Shown: positions 22,071 through 35,396, counted from the first letter of the stretch. The stretch is DNA of 64,000 bases from Bacillota bacterium (GCA_963666425.2 OY762825.2:2176001-2240000), one strand, 5' to 3'. Translations and numbers: made by a program. Notes: generated from the sequence alone by a model not told the origin.

Positions 22071-22100
22071 TTGACAGCGGCTCCCCGAAAGATGTATAAT
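22071..22100 (+). promoter_or_regulatory. Promoter of the L7Ae/str operon
   Basis: TTGACA-18-TATAAT. Confidence 0.75.
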
Positions 22101-22153
22101 CGGAGAGTCGCTGTTTCTGGAATGGATAACTATGCCCAAAAAGGAGTGGTTAG

Positions 22154-22417
22154 ATGACATTGGAACTGTTGAAGCAGGCTAAACGGAAAACGATCGGCTC
22201 GAAACAAACCATGAAAGGGGTTTGCTCGGGACGGGTTGCAAACGTTTTTCTGGCCAGTGATGCGGAGGACCATGTAATCAAACCCTTACAACAGCTTTGT
22301 GATGAGAAAGCAATTCCTTATCTGATGGTTGAGAGTATGCTCAGCTTGGGAAAGGCTTGCGGAATTCGGATCGGCGCTGCCGCAGCAGGGATCATGAAAG
22401 AAACAGACTTAAATTAA
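22154..22417 (+). CDS. L7Ae/YbxF-family K-turn RNA-binding protein
   Basis: IGSKQTMK, LASDA, LGKACGI; usual position before rpsL in Bacillota. Confidence 0.92.
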   Translation: MTLELLKQAKRKTIGSKQTMKGVCSGRVANVFLASDAEDHVIKPLQQLCDEKAIPYLMVESMLSLGKACGIRIGAAAAGIMKETDLN

Positions 22418-22499
22418 TTCACACTTTACATCCATGAATTGAATCAATCAACTGGAAGCCAATTGAAAACAAAACGACAAAGAAGGGTGGTGTAGATAT

Positions 22500-22874
22500 A
22501 TGCCAACAATCAACCAACTGGTCCGTAAAGGCCGCGTGAAAGTAGAATACAAGTCTAAATCACCAGCGCTGGACAGCTGCCCTCAAAGACGCGGTGTTTG
22601 CACAGTGGTCCGTACGACGACCCCAAAAAAGCCGAACTCCGCTTTGCGTAAGGTTGCCCGTGTGCGTCTTACCAACGGAATTGAGGTTACCGCTTACATT
22701 CCGGGTATCGGTCACAATTTGCAGGAGCATAGCGTAGTATTGGTGCGCGGAGGCCGTGTGAAAGATTTACCTGGTGTCCGTTATCATATCATACGTGGCG
22801 CGCTAGATACCGCCGGTGTACAAAAACGCCTGCAGAGCCGCTCGAAATATGGCGCCAAACGTCCCAAGAAATAG
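22500..22874 (+). CDS. rpsL: 30S ribosomal protein S12
   Basis: [22 protein letters not shown]. Confidence 0.99.
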   Translation: MPTINQLVRKGRVKVEYKSKSPALDSCPQRRGVCTVVRTTTPKKPNSALRKVARVRLTNGIEVTAYIPGIGHNLQEHSVVLVRGGRVKDLPGVRYHIIRGALDTAGVQKRLQSRSKYGAKRPKK

Positions 22875-22924
22875 CTGAAACTGAAAATCTCTACCCTACT
22901 ATGCAATTGTGAGGAGGAAGAACC

Positions 22925-23395
22925 GTGCCAAGAAAAGGTCCAGTGCCAAAACGGGAAGTACTGCCAGATCCGGTTTATAACAGTGTTCTGGTTACCCGCG
23001 TCATAAATAAAATCATGATGGATGGCAAACGTGGTGTCGCACAATCAATCTTCTACAACGCATGCAATATTATTCAAACCAAAACCAACAAAGACCCTAT
23101 GGAAGTTGTTGATACCGCTTTGAAGAACATCATGCCTGTATTGGAAGTAAAAGCGCGCCGGGTTGGTGGTGCTACTTATCAGGTTCCAATTGAAGTAGCT
23201 CCTGATCGCCGCCGCACGTTAGGAATTCGCTGGTTGATCGACTATGCGCGTAAACGTAACGAACGCACCATGGAAGAGAGACTTGCCGGTGAATTTATGG
23301 ATGCTGCCAACAATGTCGGCAACTCTGTCAAAAAACGTGAAGATACTCATAAAATGGCTGAAGCCAACAAGGCTTTTGCACATTATCGTTGGTAA
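22925..23395 (+). CDS. rpsG: 30S ribosomal protein S7
   Basis: [26 protein letters not shown]. Confidence 0.99.
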   Translation: MPRKGPVPKREVLPDPVYNSVLVTRVINKIMMDGKRGVAQSIFYNACNIIQTKTNKDPMEVVDTALKNIMPVLEVKARRVGGATYQVPIEVAPDRRRTLGIRWLIDYARKRNERTMEERLAGEFMDAANNVGNSVKKREDTHKMAEANKAFAHYRW

Positions 23396-23442
23396 GAAAA
23401 AAATAATCGCCTAAAGGATTTAAGCGAAAGGAGGAAAAACGC

Positions 23443-25521
23443 GTGCCAAGAACTATACCATTAGAAAAAGTAAGAAATATCGGGATTATGGCTCATATTG
23501 ATGCGGGTAAAACTACCACAACGGAACGTATTTTATATTATACGGGTCGTGTGCATCGGATGGGTGAGGTGCATGACGGTGCAGCCACGATGGATTGGAT
23601 GGTCCAGGAAGCAGAACGCGGGATTACAATTACTTCGGCAGCTACGACTTGTCAATGGCATGATTGTTCGATCAACATTATCGACACACCAGGGCACGTT
23701 GACTTTACTGTAGAAGTCGAGCGTTCGCTTAGAGTCCTTGATGGCGCTGTAGCGGTCTTCTGTGCTAAGGGAGGGGTTGAACCCCAATCGGAAACGGTTT
23801 GGCATCAGGCTGATCGGTATAATGTGCCAAGGATTGCTTATGTGAACAAAATGGATATCACCGGTGCCAATTATCAGCGCGTGATTGAAATGATGCGGGA
23901 ACGACTCGGAGCGAAAACCATGCCGGTTCAGCTGCCGATCGGGCAGGAAGATACTTTTATCGGTATTATCGATCTCGTAGAACAAAAAGCCTTTTATTAT
24001 ATGGATCATGAAGGCAAAGATGTCCAACTGCGTGAAATTCCTGCCGATATGCTGGAAGCAGCACAAACCGCAAGAGCTGAATTGCTGGAAACAATTTCCG
24101 AATTCGATGATGATTTACTGGCGCAGTTGTTAGAAAATGAGGAGCCCAGTATTGCGGAGATCAAAGCGGCGATTCGTAAAGCAACGATCTCTGTGAAGTT
24201 TTTCCCGGTGTTCTGCGGAACCTCGTATCGTAACAAAGGTGTTCAACTTTTACTGGACGGCATTGTTGATTACTTGCCGTCACCCAAAGATATCGGTGAA
24301 GTCAGAGGAATTGATCTGGATACCGATGAGGAAACTACCCGGAAGTTTGGCGATGACGAACCGTTATCCGCGCTGGCCTTTAAAATCGCAGCGGATCCTT
24401 TCGTTGGAAAACTTGCTTTCGTACGCGTCTATTCCGGTAAAATCAGTGCAGGTTCTTATGTCTATAATTCCTCCAAGGGGAAGAGAGAAAGAATCGGCCG
24501 TGTTTTAAGAATGCATGCGAACCACAGGGAAGATATGTCGGATGCCTGCGCGGGTGATATCTGCGCAATCGTCGGTTTAAAAGACACCTATACCGGTGAT
24601 ACGCTGTGTGATGAAAAGCATCCGATTGTGCTGGAGTCGATGAACTTCCCGGAACCGGTCATCAATCAGGCTATTGAGCCGAAAACGAAGGCCGATCAGG
24701 AGAAATTAGGGTTGGCTCTCAATCGTTTAACCGAGGAAGATCCCAGCCTGCGTGCTTACACCGATCCGGATACCGGCCAAACAATCATTGCCGGCATGGG
24801 CGAACTGCATTTGGAAATCGTTGTTGACCGCCTGAGACGCGAATTCAATGTCGATGCCAATGTCGGAAGTCCCATGGTTGCCTACCGCGAGACGATTTCT
24901 CGTCTGGCCAAAGGCGAGGGTAAGTTTGTGCGTCAAACCGGTGGCCATGGTCAGTATGGTCATGCAGTGATTCAATTGGAACCGTTGGAAGCGGGTTCGG
25001 GGTATGAATTTGTCAATAAAACCGTTGGCGGTTCAGTCCCCAAAGAATTTATTAACCCGATTGATAATGGTATCAAAGAAGCGATGGGTAATGGTATTTT
25101 AGCCGGTTACCCAGTGATTGACATTCGGGCAACTTTGCTGGATGGTTCGTTCCATGAAGTGGATTCCTCGGAAATGGCGTTTAAAATCGCCGGTTCGATG
25201 GCATTCAAGAATACTGCTGAAAAAGCAGGACCGGTTTTACTGGAACCGATTATGAAAGTAGAAGTTGTTGTTCCCGAGAATTTTCTGGGCGATGTGATTG
25301 GCGATATCAATAGCCGCCGTGGTCACATTGAAGGAATTGAAGCCAGACCCGGCGTGCAGGTAGTTCATGCTCATGTGCCGCTTGCCTCGATGTTTGGTTA
25401 TGCCACTGTGCTGCGTTCCAGCACACAGGGGCGCGCAATCTATTCCATGGAGCCCAGCCATTATGCCGAAGTGCCGAAGAGTGTTTCGGAAGGTGTTATA
25501 CAAAAAACAAGAGGCGTATAG
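23443..25521 (+). CDS. fusA: Elongation factor G
   Basis: [31 protein letters not shown]. Confidence 0.99.
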   Translation: MPRTIPLEKVRNIGIMAHIDAGKTTTTERILYYTGRVHRMGEVHDGAATMDWMVQEAERGITITSAATTCQWHDCSINIIDTPGHVDFTVEVERSLRVLDGAVAVFCAKGGVEPQSETVWHQADRYNVPRIAYVNKMDITGANYQRVIEMMRERLGAKTMPVQLPIGQEDTFIGIIDLVEQKAFYYMDHEGKDVQLREIPADMLEAAQTARAELLETISEFDDDLLAQLLENEEPSIAEIKAAIRKATISVKFFPVFCGTSYRNKGVQLLLDGIVDYLPSPKDIGEVRGIDLDTDEETTRKFGDDEPLSALAFKIAADPFVGKLAFVRVYSGKISAGSYVYNSSKGKRERIGRVLRMHANHREDMSDACAGDICAIVGLKDTYTGDTLCDEKHPIVLESMNFPEPVINQAIEPKTKADQEKLGLALNRLTEEDPSLRAYTDPDTGQTIIAGMGELHLEIVVDRLRREFNVDANVGSPMVAYRETISRLAKGEGKFVRQTGGHGQYGHAVIQLEPLEAGSGYEFVNKTVGGSVPKEFINPIDNGIKEAMGNGILAGYPVIDIRATLLDGSFHEVDSSEMAFKIAGSMAFKNTAEKAGPVLLEPIMKVEVVVPENFLGDVIGDINSRRGHIEGIEARPGVQVVHAHVPLASMFGYATVLRSSTQGRAIYSMEPSHYAEVPKSVSEGVIQKTRGV

Positions 25522-25550
25522 CTTCGCAACAGTTAAGGAGGAACGTTGAA

Positions 25551-26756
25551 TTGGCCAAAAAGAAATATGAACGTACCAAGACCCATGTAAATATCGGAAC
25601 GATTGGTCACATTGATCACGGCAAAACAACATTAACCGCAGCCATCACTAAAGTGCTTTCCACCGTTGGTGGTGCAGCAATCATGAATTATGCGGATATC
25701 GACAAAGCCCCGGAAGAAAAAGCCCGCGGCATTACGATTAACACAGCCCATGTTGAGTATGAAACCTCACATCGTCACTATGCCCATGTGGACTGCCCGG
25801 GACATGCCGACTATGTCAAGAACATGATTACCGGTGCCGCTCAGATGGACGGCGCGATCCTGGTTGTTTCCGCTGCCGACGGCCCAATGCCGCAAACCAG
25901 AGAACATATCCTGCTGGCCTATCAGGTTGGCGTACCTTACATGATCGTCTTCCTGAATAAGGCAGATATGGTAGACGACGCGGAATTAATCGAATTGGTC
26001 GAAATGGAAGTCCGCGAGTTGCTGACCAGCTACAAATTCCCGGGCGACGAAGTGCCGGTCATCGTAGGATCCGCTTTAAAAGCCGGCGAATGCGGCTGCG
26101 GTAAACGTGACTGCCAATGGTGCGGCGCCATCTGGAAATTGATGGATGCGGTAGACGCATACATCCCGGATCCGGTCCGCGCGACCGATAAACCGTTCCT
26201 GTTGCCGGTAGAAGACGTCTTTACGATCACCGGACGCGGCACTGTCGCGACAGGCAGAGTAGAACGCGGCATGGTTAAGATCTCAGACGAAGTAGAAATC
26301 GTCGGTTTGGCAGAAAAACCGCGCAAAGTGGTTGTCACCGGCGTAGAAATGTTCCGTAAGCTGTTGGATTCCGCGATTGCGGGAGACAACGTGGGTGTGC
26401 TGCTGCGCGGCGTTGACCGCAAAGATATCGAACGCGGCCAAGTTTTAGCAAAACCGGGTTCGATCAAACCGCATACCTCCTTCAAAGCGAATGTCTATGT
26501 TCTGAGCAAAGAAGAAGGCGGCCGTCATACACCGTTCTTCAACGGCTATCGTCCGCAGTTCTATTTCCGGACCACCGACGTGACGGGCAATATTGCCTTA
26601 CCGGAGGGTGTGGAAATGGTAATGCCGGGTGATAACGTGGTAATGGGTGTGGAATTGATCACACCGATTGCTATCGAAAAAGAACTGCGTTTCGCAATCC
26701 GCGAAGGCGGCCGTACCGTTGGCGCCGGTGTCGTCACCGAAATCAACGAGGTTTAG
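25551..26756 (+). CDS. tuf: Elongation factor Tu (copy 2)
   Basis: Near-identical to copy 1 (3 amino-acid differences by my comparison). Confidence 0.99.
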   Translation: MAKKKYERTKTHVNIGTIGHIDHGKTTLTAAITKVLSTVGGAAIMNYADIDKAPEEKARGITINTAHVEYETSHRHYAHVDCPGHADYVKNMITGAAQMDGAILVVSAADGPMPQTREHILLAYQVGVPYMIVFLNKADMVDDAELIELVEMEVRELLTSYKFPGDEVPVIVGSALKAGECGCGKRDCQWCGAIWKLMDAVDAYIPDPVRATDKPFLLPVEDVFTITGRGTVATGRVERGMVKISDEVEIVGLAEKPRKVVVTGVEMFRKLLDSAIAGDNVGVLLRGVDRKDIERGQVLAKPGSIKPHTSFKANVYVLSKEEGGRHTPFFNGYRPQFYFRTTDVTGNIALPEGVEMVMPGDNVVMGVELITPIAIEKELRFAIREGGRTVGAGVVTEINEV

Positions 26757-26825
26757 GAGAAGGTAAGCCGTTTCGGTGCGATAATTAGGGTTGCAACTTT
26801 ATCGCACCGGACGGAACCGATAATT

Positions 26826-26895
26826 TGCGATGAAGCAGAAGGTTGCCTGGTGAAATATCCTTTGGCATCAGGGGAATTTTTGCTGAGTTGTCAGT
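26826..26895 (+). promoter_or_regulatory. S10 (rpsJ) leader RNA
   Basis: GCGATGAAGCAGAAGGTTGCC...GGAATTTTTGCTGAG resembles the conserved Bacillota rpsJ leader as I recall it. Confidence 0.6.
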
Positions 26896-26926
26896 CCGCA
26901 TAGATCGGACGAAGGAGGAAACAAGA

Positions 26927-27235
26927 GTGGCACAACAAAAAATCCGTATTCGCTTGAAAGCTTTTGACCACAATCTCTTGGATGCCTGCGCTGAAAAAAT
27001 TGTGGAAACAGCAAAACGTACCGGTGCACAAGTATCGGGACCAATTCCGTTGCCTACCGAGAAAAACTTGTATACCATTCTCCGTGCTGTGCACAAATAC
27101 AAAGATTCGCGGGAACAATTCGAGATGCGTACACACAAACGTTTAATCGATATCTTGGAACCGACGCAGAAAACAGTGAATGATTTAATGAAACTGGATC
27201 TACCTGCCGGCGTTGATATTGAGATTAAACTTTAA
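26927..27235 (+). CDS. rpsJ: 30S ribosomal protein S10
   Basis: [24 protein letters not shown]; GTG start after AAGGAGG. Confidence 0.98.
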   Translation: MAQQKIRIRLKAFDHNLLDACAEKIVETAKRTGAQVSGPIPLPTEKNLYTILRAVHKYKDSREQFEMRTHKRLIDILEPTQKTVNDLMKLDLPAGVDIEIKL

Positions 27236-27258
27236 CGCCATCAGGGAGGTGAAAGTGG

Positions 27259-27885
27259 ATGAAAAAAGCAATCATTGGTAAGAAACTAGGTATGACTCAG
27301 ATTTTCTTGGATAATGGTCAAGTCGTTCCTGTTACCGTTGTAGAAGCCGGCCCCTGTGTGGTCGTGCAGAAGAAAACGGTGGAGAACGATGGCTATTCCG
27401 CTATTCAAATCGGTTTTGGCGAAATCGCCGAACGGAAAGTGAATAAGCCGGAAACAGGCCATTTCAAAAAAAGTAATCTTGCACCCAGACGTGTTTTAAA
27501 AGAACTGCGTTTGGAGAATGCACAGGATTATGAAGTGGGTCAATCTCTCACTTGCGATCTTTTCGCAGTAAATGAGTTCATTGATGTCAGCGGGATCAGC
27601 AAAGGTCATGGTTTTACAGGCAGCATTAAGCGCTGGAATCATCATCGCGGCAAAATGACTCATGGTTCCAAATTTCACAGGGCTCCCGGTACTTTAGCAG
27701 CTCGTGCAGCAGCACGTGTGCCAAAGGGTCGTAAGATGCCCGGACATTACGGCGTTGACAACACGACGATTCTCAATTTGAGAGTTGTTCGCGTGATTGC
27801 CGATCGTAATTTGTTGTTAGTCAGAGGCTCCGTACCCGGTCAGGTAGGTTGCCTTTTGACCATCAAGAACGCTGCTAAAAAGTAG
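27259..27885 (+). CDS. rplC: 50S ribosomal protein L3
   Basis: [21 protein letters not shown]. Confidence 0.98.
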   Translation: MKKAIIGKKLGMTQIFLDNGQVVPVTVVEAGPCVVVQKKTVENDGYSAIQIGFGEIAERKVNKPETGHFKKSNLAPRRVLKELRLENAQDYEVGQSLTCDLFAVNEFIDVSGISKGHGFTGSIKRWNHHRGKMTHGSKFHRAPGTLAARAAARVPKGRKMPGHYGVDNTTILNLRVVRVIADRNLLLVRGSVPGQVGCLLTIKNAAKK

Positions 27886-27915
27886 CGGGATGATGACAGG
27901 AAAGGAGGATAGGCT

Positions 27916-28539
27916 ATGCCTCAAGTAGCTGTATACAATACCCTGGGAGAAAAAGTTGGCGAAATGAGCTTGTGTGAATCGCTTTTCGCAACTGAAGTCA
28001 GCGAGCCGAGCCTGCATCAAGCCGTTGTTGCTTATTTAGCTGCACAAAGACAGGGTACCCATTCCACACTGCTCCGTTCGGAAGTCCGCGGTGGTGGTAA
28101 AAAACCTTGGCGTCAAAAGGGAACCGGTCATGCCAGAGCTGGCTCCAGCCGTTCACCGATTTGGCGTAAGGGCGGCGTTGCTTTCGGACCAAAACCGAGA
28201 GACTACCGCATTAAAATGCACAAAAATGTAAAACGGATCGCCATGCGTTCTGCTTTTACCAGTAAAGTCAATGATCAGGATCTGATCATCTTAGAAAATC
28301 TGGATATGACTTCGCCGAAAACCAAAGAAATGGTCACCTTATTAAAAAACCTTAAGATTGATCGCAAAGCTTTGTTCATTACGGCGGGTCCTGAAAAAAA
28401 TGTTTACCTCTCCGCAAGAAACCTTCCCGGTATCAGCGTAACTTTTTCCGGCAGTGTGAATGTTTATGACATTCTGCTCCATGATAAGCTGATCATCGTG
28501 AAAGATGCGGTCGGTAAGTTAGAGGAGGTATTTGCGTAA
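27916..28539 (+). CDS. rplD: 50S ribosomal protein L4
   Basis: [13 protein letters not shown]. Confidence 0.98.
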   Translation: MPQVAVYNTLGEKVGEMSLCESLFATEVSEPSLHQAVVAYLAAQRQGTHSTLLRSEVRGGGKKPWRQKGTGHARAGSSRSPIWRKGGVAFGPKPRDYRIKMHKNVKRIAMRSAFTSKVNDQDLIILENLDMTSPKTKEMVTLLKNLKIDRKALFITAGPEKNVYLSARNLPGISVTFSGSVNVYDILLHDKLIIVKDAVGKLEEVFA

Positions 28540-28829
28540 TGCGTGAACCTCATGAAGTTCTGGTAAAGCCCATTATCACTGAAAAAACCAGTGCAATGAT
28601 GGCTAGCAAAAAATATGTTTTCAAGGTACATCCGGATGCCAACAAAATCGAAATCAAATATGCAGTGGAAAAGGTTTTCGAAGTTCAGGTAGCCGATGTC
28701 AATACGATGCATGTTAAAGGCAAAAAGAAACGGGTCGGAGCACATTTCGGTTACACTTCCGATTGGAAGAAAGCCATTGTTACTTTGACCAAAGATTCCA
28801 AGACTATCGGCTTCTTCGATGGGCTATAA
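28539..28829 (+). CDS. rplW: 50S ribosomal protein L23
   Basis: [14 protein letters not shown]. Confidence 0.97.
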   Translation: MREPHEVLVKPIITEKTSAMMASKKYVFKVHPDANKIEIKYAVEKVFEVQVADVNTMHVKGKKKRVGAHFGYTSDWKKAIVTLTKDSKTIGFFDGL

Positions 28830-28844
28830 GGAGGAGGATGACAA

Positions 28845-29672
28845 ATGGCTGTAAAAACATACAAACCAACCTCTCCGGCCCGCCGTGCAATGACAGGTTA
28901 CTCTTTTGACGAAATCACTCGCACAACCCCGGAGAAGTCTTTGCTGGCTCCTTTGATCAGTCGCGGCGGCCGCAACAATCACGGCCACTTAACGGTTCGT
29001 CATCAAGGCGGCGGCGTCAAACGGATGTATCGCTTGATTGACTTTAAACGCATCAAAGACGATATTCCTGCCAAAGTATTCAGTATTGAATATGATCCCA
29101 ATCGTACTGCCCGTATCGCCCTGATCTGCTATGCGGATGGCGAGAAGAGCTATATTCTGGCTCCTGTTGGTTTGAAGGTTGGCGACACCGTTATTTCCGG
29201 TGAAAACGTTGATATCAAACCCGGCAATGCATTACCTTTAAGAAAAATTCCCGTTGGCACTTTGATTCACAATATCGAATTAAAAATCGGTAAAGGTGGT
29301 CAATTGGTGCGCTCCGCCGGTGTATCTGCTCAGTTGATGGCGAAGGAATCGGAATACGTTCACGTTCGCCTTCCCTCCAACGAAATGCGCCTGATCCATG
29401 GCAACTGCAAAGCTTCCATTGGTGAGGTAGGTAACCTGGAGCATGAAAATGTAAAAATCGGTAAAGCCGGTCGCTCGCGTCATATGGGAATCCGTCCTAC
29501 CGTCCGCGGTGTGGTTATGAATCCTGTGGATCATCCGCATGGTGGTGGTGAAGGCCGTTCTCCTGTTGGCCATAAGAGCCCTATGAGCCCGTGGGGTCAG
29601 AAAACAAACGGTTTCAAGACTCGCAAGAAGAAAGCATCCGATAAGTACATTGTTACAAGACGGAGCAAGTAA
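28845..29672 (+). CDS. rplB: 50S ribosomal protein L2
   Basis: [22 protein letters not shown]. Confidence 0.99.
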   Translation: MAVKTYKPTSPARRAMTGYSFDEITRTTPEKSLLAPLISRGGRNNHGHLTVRHQGGGVKRMYRLIDFKRIKDDIPAKVFSIEYDPNRTARIALICYADGEKSYILAPVGLKVGDTVISGENVDIKPGNALPLRKIPVGTLIHNIELKIGKGGQLVRSAGVSAQLMAKESEYVHVRLPSNEMRLIHGNCKASIGEVGNLEHENVKIGKAGRSRHMGIRPTVRGVVMNPVDHPHGGGEGRSPVGHKSPMSPWGQKTNGFKTRKKKASDKYIVTRRSK

Positions 29673-29692
29673 TAGACAAGGGAGGCTAGACA

Positions 29693-29989
29693 ATGTCCAG
29701 ATCCATTAAGAAGGGTCCTTATATTGCCGACCACTTGCTCAAGAAGATCCAGGCAATGAACGCGAATCGTGAGAAAAAAGTTATTAAAACTTGGTCTCGC
29801 GCTTCTACGATTTTCCCGGATATGGTTGGCCATACCATCGCAGTGCATGATGGAAGAAAACATGTACCTGTATATATTTCGGAAGACATGATCGGTCATA
29901 AACTTGGCGAATTCGCTCCCACCCGCACATTCCGCGGACACAGTGGCGGCGCCGAGAAGGCAACCGGTACGAAAAAGGTAGGGGTGTAA
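29693..29989 (+). CDS. rpsS: 30S ribosomal protein S19
   Basis: KTWSRAS, GHKLGEF. Confidence 0.98.
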   Translation: MSRSIKKGPYIADHLLKKIQAMNANREKKVIKTWSRASTIFPDMVGHTIAVHDGRKHVPVYISEDMIGHKLGEFAPTRTFRGHSGGAEKATGTKKVGV

Positions 29990-29993
29990 GAAT

Positions 29994-30338
29994 ATGGAGA
30001 GTAAAGAGAGTAAAGCAATTGCTCGTTATATCCGGATAGCCCCCCTGAAAGTCCGTATTGTTATGAACAATATTCGTGGCAAGAGTGTTGACGAAGCTTT
30101 AACGATTTTGCGTTATACCCCGAAAGCCGCTTCGCCAATCATTGCGAAAGTTGTGAAATCTGCTGTCGCGAATGCGGAAAACAATTTCGATATGGACGGT
30201 TCCCGTCTTTACATCGCTGCTGCATTTGTAGATCAAGGCCCAACGATGAAGCGGGCGCAGCCTCATCAACGTGGTCGTGCGTTTCCTATTTTAAAACGCA
30301 GCAGTCACATCACGATCGTAGTAAAAGAGCGTGCATAG
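29994..30338 (+). CDS. rplV: 50S ribosomal protein L22
   Basis: [17 protein letters not shown]. Confidence 0.97.
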   Translation: MESKESKAIARYIRIAPLKVRIVMNNIRGKSVDEALTILRYTPKAASPIIAKVVKSAVANAENNFDMDGSRLYIAAAFVDQGPTMKRAQPHQRGRAFPILKRSSHITIVVKERA

Positions 30339-30373
30339 CGACGGAGCGCAAGTAAGCAAGGAGGGAAAATAGA

Positions 30374-31042
30374 GTGGGTCAAAAAATTCATCCTTACGGT
30401 CTGCGTCTTGGCATCATTAAGGACTGGGAATCTCGCTGGTTTGCAACTAAAAATTTCTCAGATCTTTTGGTCGAAGACTATAAGCTTCGTAAGTTTCTGA
30501 AAGATAAGCTCTATCAAGCCGGTCTCTCGAAAATTGAAATCGAGCGGACTGCAAACCGGGTCAGTGTGATCCTGTTTACTGCTAAACCTGGTATTGTCAT
30601 CGGCAGAGGCGGTGCGGGTATTGAAGATCTGCGCAAACAACTCGAGACGATGGTCAACAAACCGGTCAATATCAAAGTAAACGAAATCCGTTTTGCCGAA
30701 GGGGATGCCCAATTGGTAGCGGAGAATATTGCGGCTCAATTGGAAAAGAGAATCGGATTCCGCCGTGCCATGAAACAATCGATCATGCGTGCGATGCGGT
30801 CACCCGGAGTCAAAGGCTGTAAAGTCCAATGTTCCGGCCGACTGGGCGGCGCCGAAATTGCCCGGGACGAAAAGTTCCATGAAGGCACCATTCCGCTGCA
30901 TACCCTGAGAGCAGATATCCAATATGGCATAACCGAAGCCAAGACCACCTATGGTCGCATCGGTGTCAAAGTTTGGATTTATAAAGGTCAAGTATTACCG
31001 AAGCCGAAAGTGAGAACTGAAGCTAAGGAAGGGGGCAAATAA
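30374..31042 (+). CDS. rpsC: 30S ribosomal protein S3
   Basis: [26 protein letters not shown]. Confidence 0.98.
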   Translation: MGQKIHPYGLRLGIIKDWESRWFATKNFSDLLVEDYKLRKFLKDKLYQAGLSKIEIERTANRVSVILFTAKPGIVIGRGGAGIEDLRKQLETMVNKPVNIKVNEIRFAEGDAQLVAENIAAQLEKRIGFRRAMKQSIMRAMRSPGVKGCKVQCSGRLGGAEIARDEKFHEGTIPLHTLRADIQYGITEAKTTYGRIGVKVWIYKGQVLPKPKVRTEAKEGGK

Positions 31043-31044
31043 AA

Positions 31045-31479
31045 ATGTTACTCCCCAAACGTGTCAAGTATCGCAAACAACATCGCGGTAAAATGCGTGG
31101 TCTAACCAAGGGTGGTGCAGAATTAAGCGGCGGCGAATTCGGATTGCAAGCTTTAGAAGCCTCCTGGATCAGCGCTCGTCAGATCGAAGCAGCCCGTGTC
31201 GCCATGACTCGTTTTATCAAGCGTGGCGGTAAAGTATGGATCAAGATTTTCCCGGATAAACCGGTTACACAAAAACCGGCTGAAACCCGTATGGGTTCAG
31301 GCAAAGGTGCTCCTGAGTATTGGGTAGCGGTTGTGAAACCCGGCCGTATCATGTTTGAAATCGCCGGTGTGACGGAAGAAACTGCCCGTGAAGCTTTCCG
31401 GTTAGCTGCCCATAAGTTGCCGATCAGAACGAAATTTATTAAACGTGAAGAAGTGGGTGGTGAAATCAATGAAGGTTAA
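31045..31479 (+). CDS. rplP: 50S ribosomal protein L16
   Basis: RQIEAAR, RMGSGKG. Confidence 0.98.
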   Translation: MLLPKRVKYRKQHRGKMRGLTKGGAELSGGEFGLQALEASWISARQIEAARVAMTRFIKRGGKVWIKIFPDKPVTQKPAETRMGSGKGAPEYWVAVVKPGRIMFEIAGVTEETAREAFRLAAHKLPIRTKFIKREEVGGEINEG

Positions 31480-31678
31480 TGAATTGCGCAAGCAGATCAG
31501 CGATATGAACGCTACCGAGCTTGAGCAAAAGCTCGCGAGTTTAAAGGCTGAGCTATTTAACCTCCGTTTCCAAATGGCTATGGGGCAGTTGGATAATCCA
31601 ATGCGCATCCGTGAAGTCAGAAAAGCCATTGCCCGCGTCAAAACCCGCATTCGTCAGCGGGAACTCAATATCGGTTAA
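31469..31678 (+). CDS. rpmC: 50S ribosomal protein L29
   Basis: [14 protein letters not shown]. Confidence 0.96.
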   Translation: MKVNELRKQISDMNATELEQKLASLKAELFNLRFQMAMGQLDNPMRIREVRKAIARVKTRIRQRELNIG

Positions 31679-31707
31679 TGGCAGGAAACAAAAAGGAGGA
31701 GCCAAAT

Positions 31708-31965
31708 ATGATTGATCGCGCTCGTCGTAAAATGAAGACCGGTGTGGTTGTCAGTGATAAGATGGATAAAACCATTGTTGTTTCTGTAGAAAGAATGGTA
31801 CAACATCCTCTGTATGGCAAACGCATTCGTCTTACTACGAAATTCAAAGCCCATGATGAAAACAACGAATGCCATGAAGGCGATACGGTGACCATAATGG
31901 AAACAAGACCGCTTTCCAAAGACAAACGCTGGCGGTTGGTTGAAATCGTCGAACGGGCAAAATAA
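31708..31965 (+). CDS. rpsQ: 30S ribosomal protein S17
   Basis: [21 protein letters not shown]; ATG 31708 after AAGGAGG (31678 is an alternative start). Confidence 0.97.
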   Translation: MIDRARRKMKTGVVVSDKMDKTIVVSVERMVQHPLYGKRIRLTTKFKAHDENNECHEGDTVTIMETRPLSKDKRWRLVEIVERAK

Positions 31966-32004
31966 TCTAAAAGCCCATTGCAGACGAAAGGGGGATGAAA
32001 CCAC

Positions 32005-32373
32005 ATGATTCAACAGCAAACTGTTTTGAATGTTGCTGATAATTCCGGTGCGAAAACAATTATGTGTATTCGCGTGAAAGGCGGTCATTACCGTCGTTAC
32101 GGTAATGTCGGTGATACTATTGTTGCTGCCGTCAAATCCGCCACACCCGGCGGCGTTGTTAAAAAAGGCGAAGTTGTCAAGGCTGTCATCGTCAGAACCC
32201 GTAAGGGTATGGGACGCGACGATGGTTCTTATATTCGCTTCGACGATAATGCGGCCGTTATTATCAAAGAAGATAAGAGTCCGCGTGGCACTCGTATCTT
32301 TGGGCCTGTTGCTCGGGAATTACGCGAAAGAGATTATATGAAAATCATTTCGCTAGCTCCCGAAGTTCTGTAG
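32005..32373 (+). CDS. rplN: 50S ribosomal protein L14
   Basis: [16 protein letters not shown]. Confidence 0.99.
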   Translation: MIQQQTVLNVADNSGAKTIMCIRVKGGHYRRYGNVGDTIVAAVKSATPGGVVKKGEVVKAVIVRTRKGMGRDDGSYIRFDDNAAVIIKEDKSPRGTRIFGPVARELRERDYMKIISLAPEVL

Positions 32374-32390
32374 TCAGGAGGTGTACTAGT

Positions 32391-32720
32391 TTGACAGCAC
32401 CTAAAATGCATGTTAGAAAAGACGATACCGTCGTTATTTTACAGGGAAAAGATGCAGGCAAGCAGGGTAAGATCTTAGTAGCGATGCCAACTGACCGTAA
32501 AGTCATTGTTGAAGGCATCAACATTATTAAGCGTCATACGCGTCCTTCCAATACAAATCCCAAAGGCGGAATTGTGGAGAAGGAAGCGCCGGTTTTCGCT
32601 GCAAGAGTGCAGGTCGTTTGCAAAAGCTGCGGAAAACCGACCAGAGTCGGCCGCAAAATTGCCGAAGACGGCAGTCACGTTCGTTATTGTAAAAAATGCG
32701 GACAGTCCCTTGATAAATAG
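32391..32720 (+). CDS. rplX: 50S ribosomal protein L24
   Basis: KOW motif GKDAGKQG, GGIVEKEAP; CxxC pairs. Confidence 0.97.
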   Translation: MTAPKMHVRKDDTVVILQGKDAGKQGKILVAMPTDRKVIVEGINIIKRHTRPSNTNPKGGIVEKEAPVFAARVQVVCKSCGKPTRVGRKIAEDGSHVRYCKKCGQSLDK

Positions 32721-32740
32721 AGGAAGGGAGGTAAACTATC

Positions 32741-33280
32741 TTGTCCCGATTGAAAGAAAAATATCAAAATGAAGTGACACCAGCTTTGATGGAGCGCTTC
32801 AAATACAGCAGTGTGATGAGTGTTCCCCGTCTATCGAAGATTGTTATTAACATCGGCGTGGGAGACGCATTGCAAAACTCAAAACTGCTGGACGCATCGG
32901 TCAGTGATCTGACAACAATTGCCGGACAAAAACCGGTAATTACGAAAGCTAAGAAATCGATCGCAAACTTTAAACTGCGTGAAGGCGTTTCGATTGGCAC
33001 CATGGTGACTTTACGCGGCGAGCGTATGTGGTCTTTCCTGGATAAGCTAATGAATATCAACCTTCCCCGCGTTCGTGACTTCCGCGGAGTTTCTCCGAAA
33101 GCTTTTGATGGTCGTGGTAACTATTCCCTCGGCGTGAAAGAGCAATTGATCTTCCCCGAAATTGAATATGATAAGGTCGATAAAATTCGGGGTATGAATA
33201 TTTCTATTGTCACCACGGCAAGAACAGACGAAGAGGCCTTCGAGTTGCTGAAAGCACTCGGCATGCCTTTCCGTTCCTAA
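32741..33280 (+). CDS. rplE: 50S ribosomal protein L5
   Basis: [16 protein letters not shown]. Confidence 0.98.
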   Translation: MSRLKEKYQNEVTPALMERFKYSSVMSVPRLSKIVINIGVGDALQNSKLLDASVSDLTTIAGQKPVITKAKKSIANFKLREGVSIGTMVTLRGERMWSFLDKLMNINLPRVRDFRGVSPKAFDGRGNYSLGVKEQLIFPEIEYDKVDKIRGMNISIVTTARTDEEAFELLKALGMPFRS

Positions 33281-33295
33281 TGAGGAGGAAGCTTT

Positions 33296-33481
33296 ATGGC
33301 TAAGACTTCACTAAAAATCAAACAGAGCCGTCCGCAGAAATTTAAGGTTCAGGAATACAATCGCTGTAAAATTTGCGGTCGTCCTCATGCCTATATGCGG
33401 AAATTTGGCATCTGCCGCATCTGCTTCCGCAATCTGGCGCATCAGGGACACATTCCCGGTGTCACGAAAGCCAGCTGGTAA
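33296..33481 (+). CDS. rpsN: 30S ribosomal protein S14 (type Z, 61 aa)
   Basis: [22 protein letters not shown]. Confidence 0.98.
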   Translation: MAKTSLKIKQSRPQKFKVQEYNRCKICGRPHAYMRKFGICRICFRNLAHQGHIPGVTKASW

Positions 33482-33508
33482 TATCGAAACAGGGAGGAGG
33501 TCGTTTAC

Positions 33509-33907
33509 ATGGCTATGACCGATCCGATTGCTGATATGTTAACTCGCATTCGCAATGGTAATGTGGTTTACCATGAAAAGGTAGACATTCCGGCGTCAAA
33601 GATGAAAGTGGCGCTGGCGGAGATCCTGAAAAATGAAGGATTTATCCGTGATTTTCAACAAATCAGCGACAATAAACAAGGCGTTATTCGGGTTTTTATG
33701 AAATATGGTGCAGAACGCGAACGCGTAATCACCGGCATCAAACGTATTTCGAAACCCGGTTTACGTGTGTATGTTCACAAAGATGAAATTCCTCGTGTCC
33801 TTGGCGGGTTGGGTGTTGCGATTATTTCCACAACATCTGGTCTAATGAGCGACAAACAAGCTCGCGCAGCAGGTCTGGGCGGCGAAGTGATTTGTTATAT
33901 CTGGTAG
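33509..33907 (+). CDS. rpsH: 30S ribosomal protein S8
   Basis: [20 protein letters not shown]. Confidence 0.98.
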   Translation: MAMTDPIADMLTRIRNGNVVYHEKVDIPASKMKVALAEILKNEGFIRDFQQISDNKQGVIRVFMKYGAERERVITGIKRISKPGLRVYVHKDEIPRVLGGLGVAIISTTSGLMSDKQARAAGLGGEVICYIW

Positions 33908-33921
33908 AGGAGGTGCCGTAA

Positions 33922-34458
33922 GTGTCTCGTATAGGTAGAATGCCGATTGTAATTCCGCAGGGCGTAAACGTTACTGTGGAAGGTAACTTGGTAAGCGTAA
34001 AGGGACCCAAGGGCACCCTGACACGTGCTTTACATCCGGAGATGAAAATTACTTTGGAAGACGGAGCTCTGCATGTCAGCCGTCCCAGTGACGCTCCGAA
34101 GCACCGTGCGCTTCATGGTTTGACCCGCGCCTTGTTGAATAACATGGTTGTTGGTGTCACCAAAGGTTTTGAGAAAAATTTAAACATTGTTGGTGTTGGA
34201 TACCGTGCTTCAAAACAAGGAAGAACCCTGGTACTCAATATGGGATATTCCCATCCGGTCGAGATTACTCCTGAGGAAGGCGTAGAAGTTGAAGTTCCCG
34301 CTCAGGCCAGAATGATCGTTAAGGGAATCGACAAAGAAAAAGTCGGTGCTCTTGCCGCTGAAATTCGCAAGGTCCGCGAACCGGAACCCTACCTCGGTAA
34401 AGGAATCATGTATGAGGGCGAAGTCATTCGTCGTAAAGTCGGTAAGACCGGTAAATAA
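33922..34458 (+). CDS. rplF: 50S ribosomal protein L6
   Basis: MSRIGR, VKGPKG, PEPY.GKGI. Confidence 0.98.
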   Translation: MSRIGRMPIVIPQGVNVTVEGNLVSVKGPKGTLTRALHPEMKITLEDGALHVSRPSDAPKHRALHGLTRALLNNMVVGVTKGFEKNLNIVGVGYRASKQGRTLVLNMGYSHPVEITPEEGVEVEVPAQARMIVKGIDKEKVGALAAEIRKVREPEPYLGKGIMYEGEVIRRKVGKTGK

Positions 34459-34490
34459 AGGGATTTGATCAAGAAAGGAGTGACTCCGCT

Positions 34491-34859
34491 TTGATCCAAA
34501 AGCCGGATGCGAATAAAGCTCGTCTGGTCCGTCATTTTCGTGTGCGCAAACATATCAGCGGCACAGCAGAACGTCCTCGTCTCTGCGTTTACCGCAGTAA
34601 CAAGCATATTGTTGCACAAGTCATTGATGATAACAGCGGTCACACCCTGGTTGCTGCTTCTTCCTTAGAAAAGGCAGTCCGGGAAGAATTAAAATACGGC
34701 GGTAATATCAGTGCCGCTAAAGTGGTTGGCAGTATCGTTGCCAAACGTGCTCTCGAAAAAGGTATCAATCAAGTAGTCTTTGATCGCGGTGGATATCTCT
34801 ATCACGGCCGTATCGCCGCGTTAGCTGATGCCGCCCGTGAAGGCGGTCTGAAATTCTAG
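34491..34859 (+). CDS. rplR: 50S ribosomal protein L18
   Basis: RPRL.VYRSN, VFDRGGY.YHGR. Confidence 0.98.
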   Translation: MIQKPDANKARLVRHFRVRKHISGTAERPRLCVYRSNKHIVAQVIDDNSGHTLVAASSLEKAVREELKYGGNISAAKVVGSIVAKRALEKGINQVVFDRGGYLYHGRIAALADAAREGGLKF

Positions 34860-34881
34860 GACGATTGGGAGGGAATTTTCA

Positions 34882-35382
34882 ATGCAAAAGATTGATTTAA
34901 CCAATCTGGAACTGACAGAAAAAGTAGTCTCCATCGGTCCTGTATCCAAGACCGTAAAGGGCGGACGTATTCGTCGGTTCAGAACTCTGGTTGTAGTCGG
35001 TGACCAAAAGGGTCACGTAGGAATCGGCGTCGGAAAAGCCAGAGAAGTACAGGAAGCCATCAAAAAAGGTACGGACGACGCAAAGAAAAATGTTGTAACG
35101 ATTCCTATGGTAGGAACTACGGTTCCTCATGTTAATATCGGCCGTTATGGTTCTGCAGAAGTCTTACTGAAACCGGCAGCAGTCGGAACCGGTGTTATTG
35201 CCGGCGGTCCGGTGCGTGCGATTCTGGAAGCAGCAGGCATACACGACATTTTAACAAAATCCAATGGATCTTCTAACCCTATCAATCAGGTACAAGCAAC
35301 TCTCAAGGCTTTAATGACCATGAAGACAGTTGAACAAGTAGCCAAATTGCGGGGTAAAACCGTGGAAGAAATCCTCGGTTAG
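34882..35382 (+). CDS. rpsE: 30S ribosomal protein S5
   Basis: [15 protein letters not shown]. Confidence 0.98.
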   Translation: MQKIDLTNLELTEKVVSIGPVSKTVKGGRIRRFRTLVVVGDQKGHVGIGVGKAREVQEAIKKGTDDAKKNVVTIPMVGTTVPHVNIGRYGSAEVLLKPAAVGTGVIAGGPVRAILEAAGIHDILTKSNGSSNPINQVQATLKALMTMKTVEQVAKLRGKTVEEILG

Positions 35383-35396
35383 GGAGGAAAAAAATC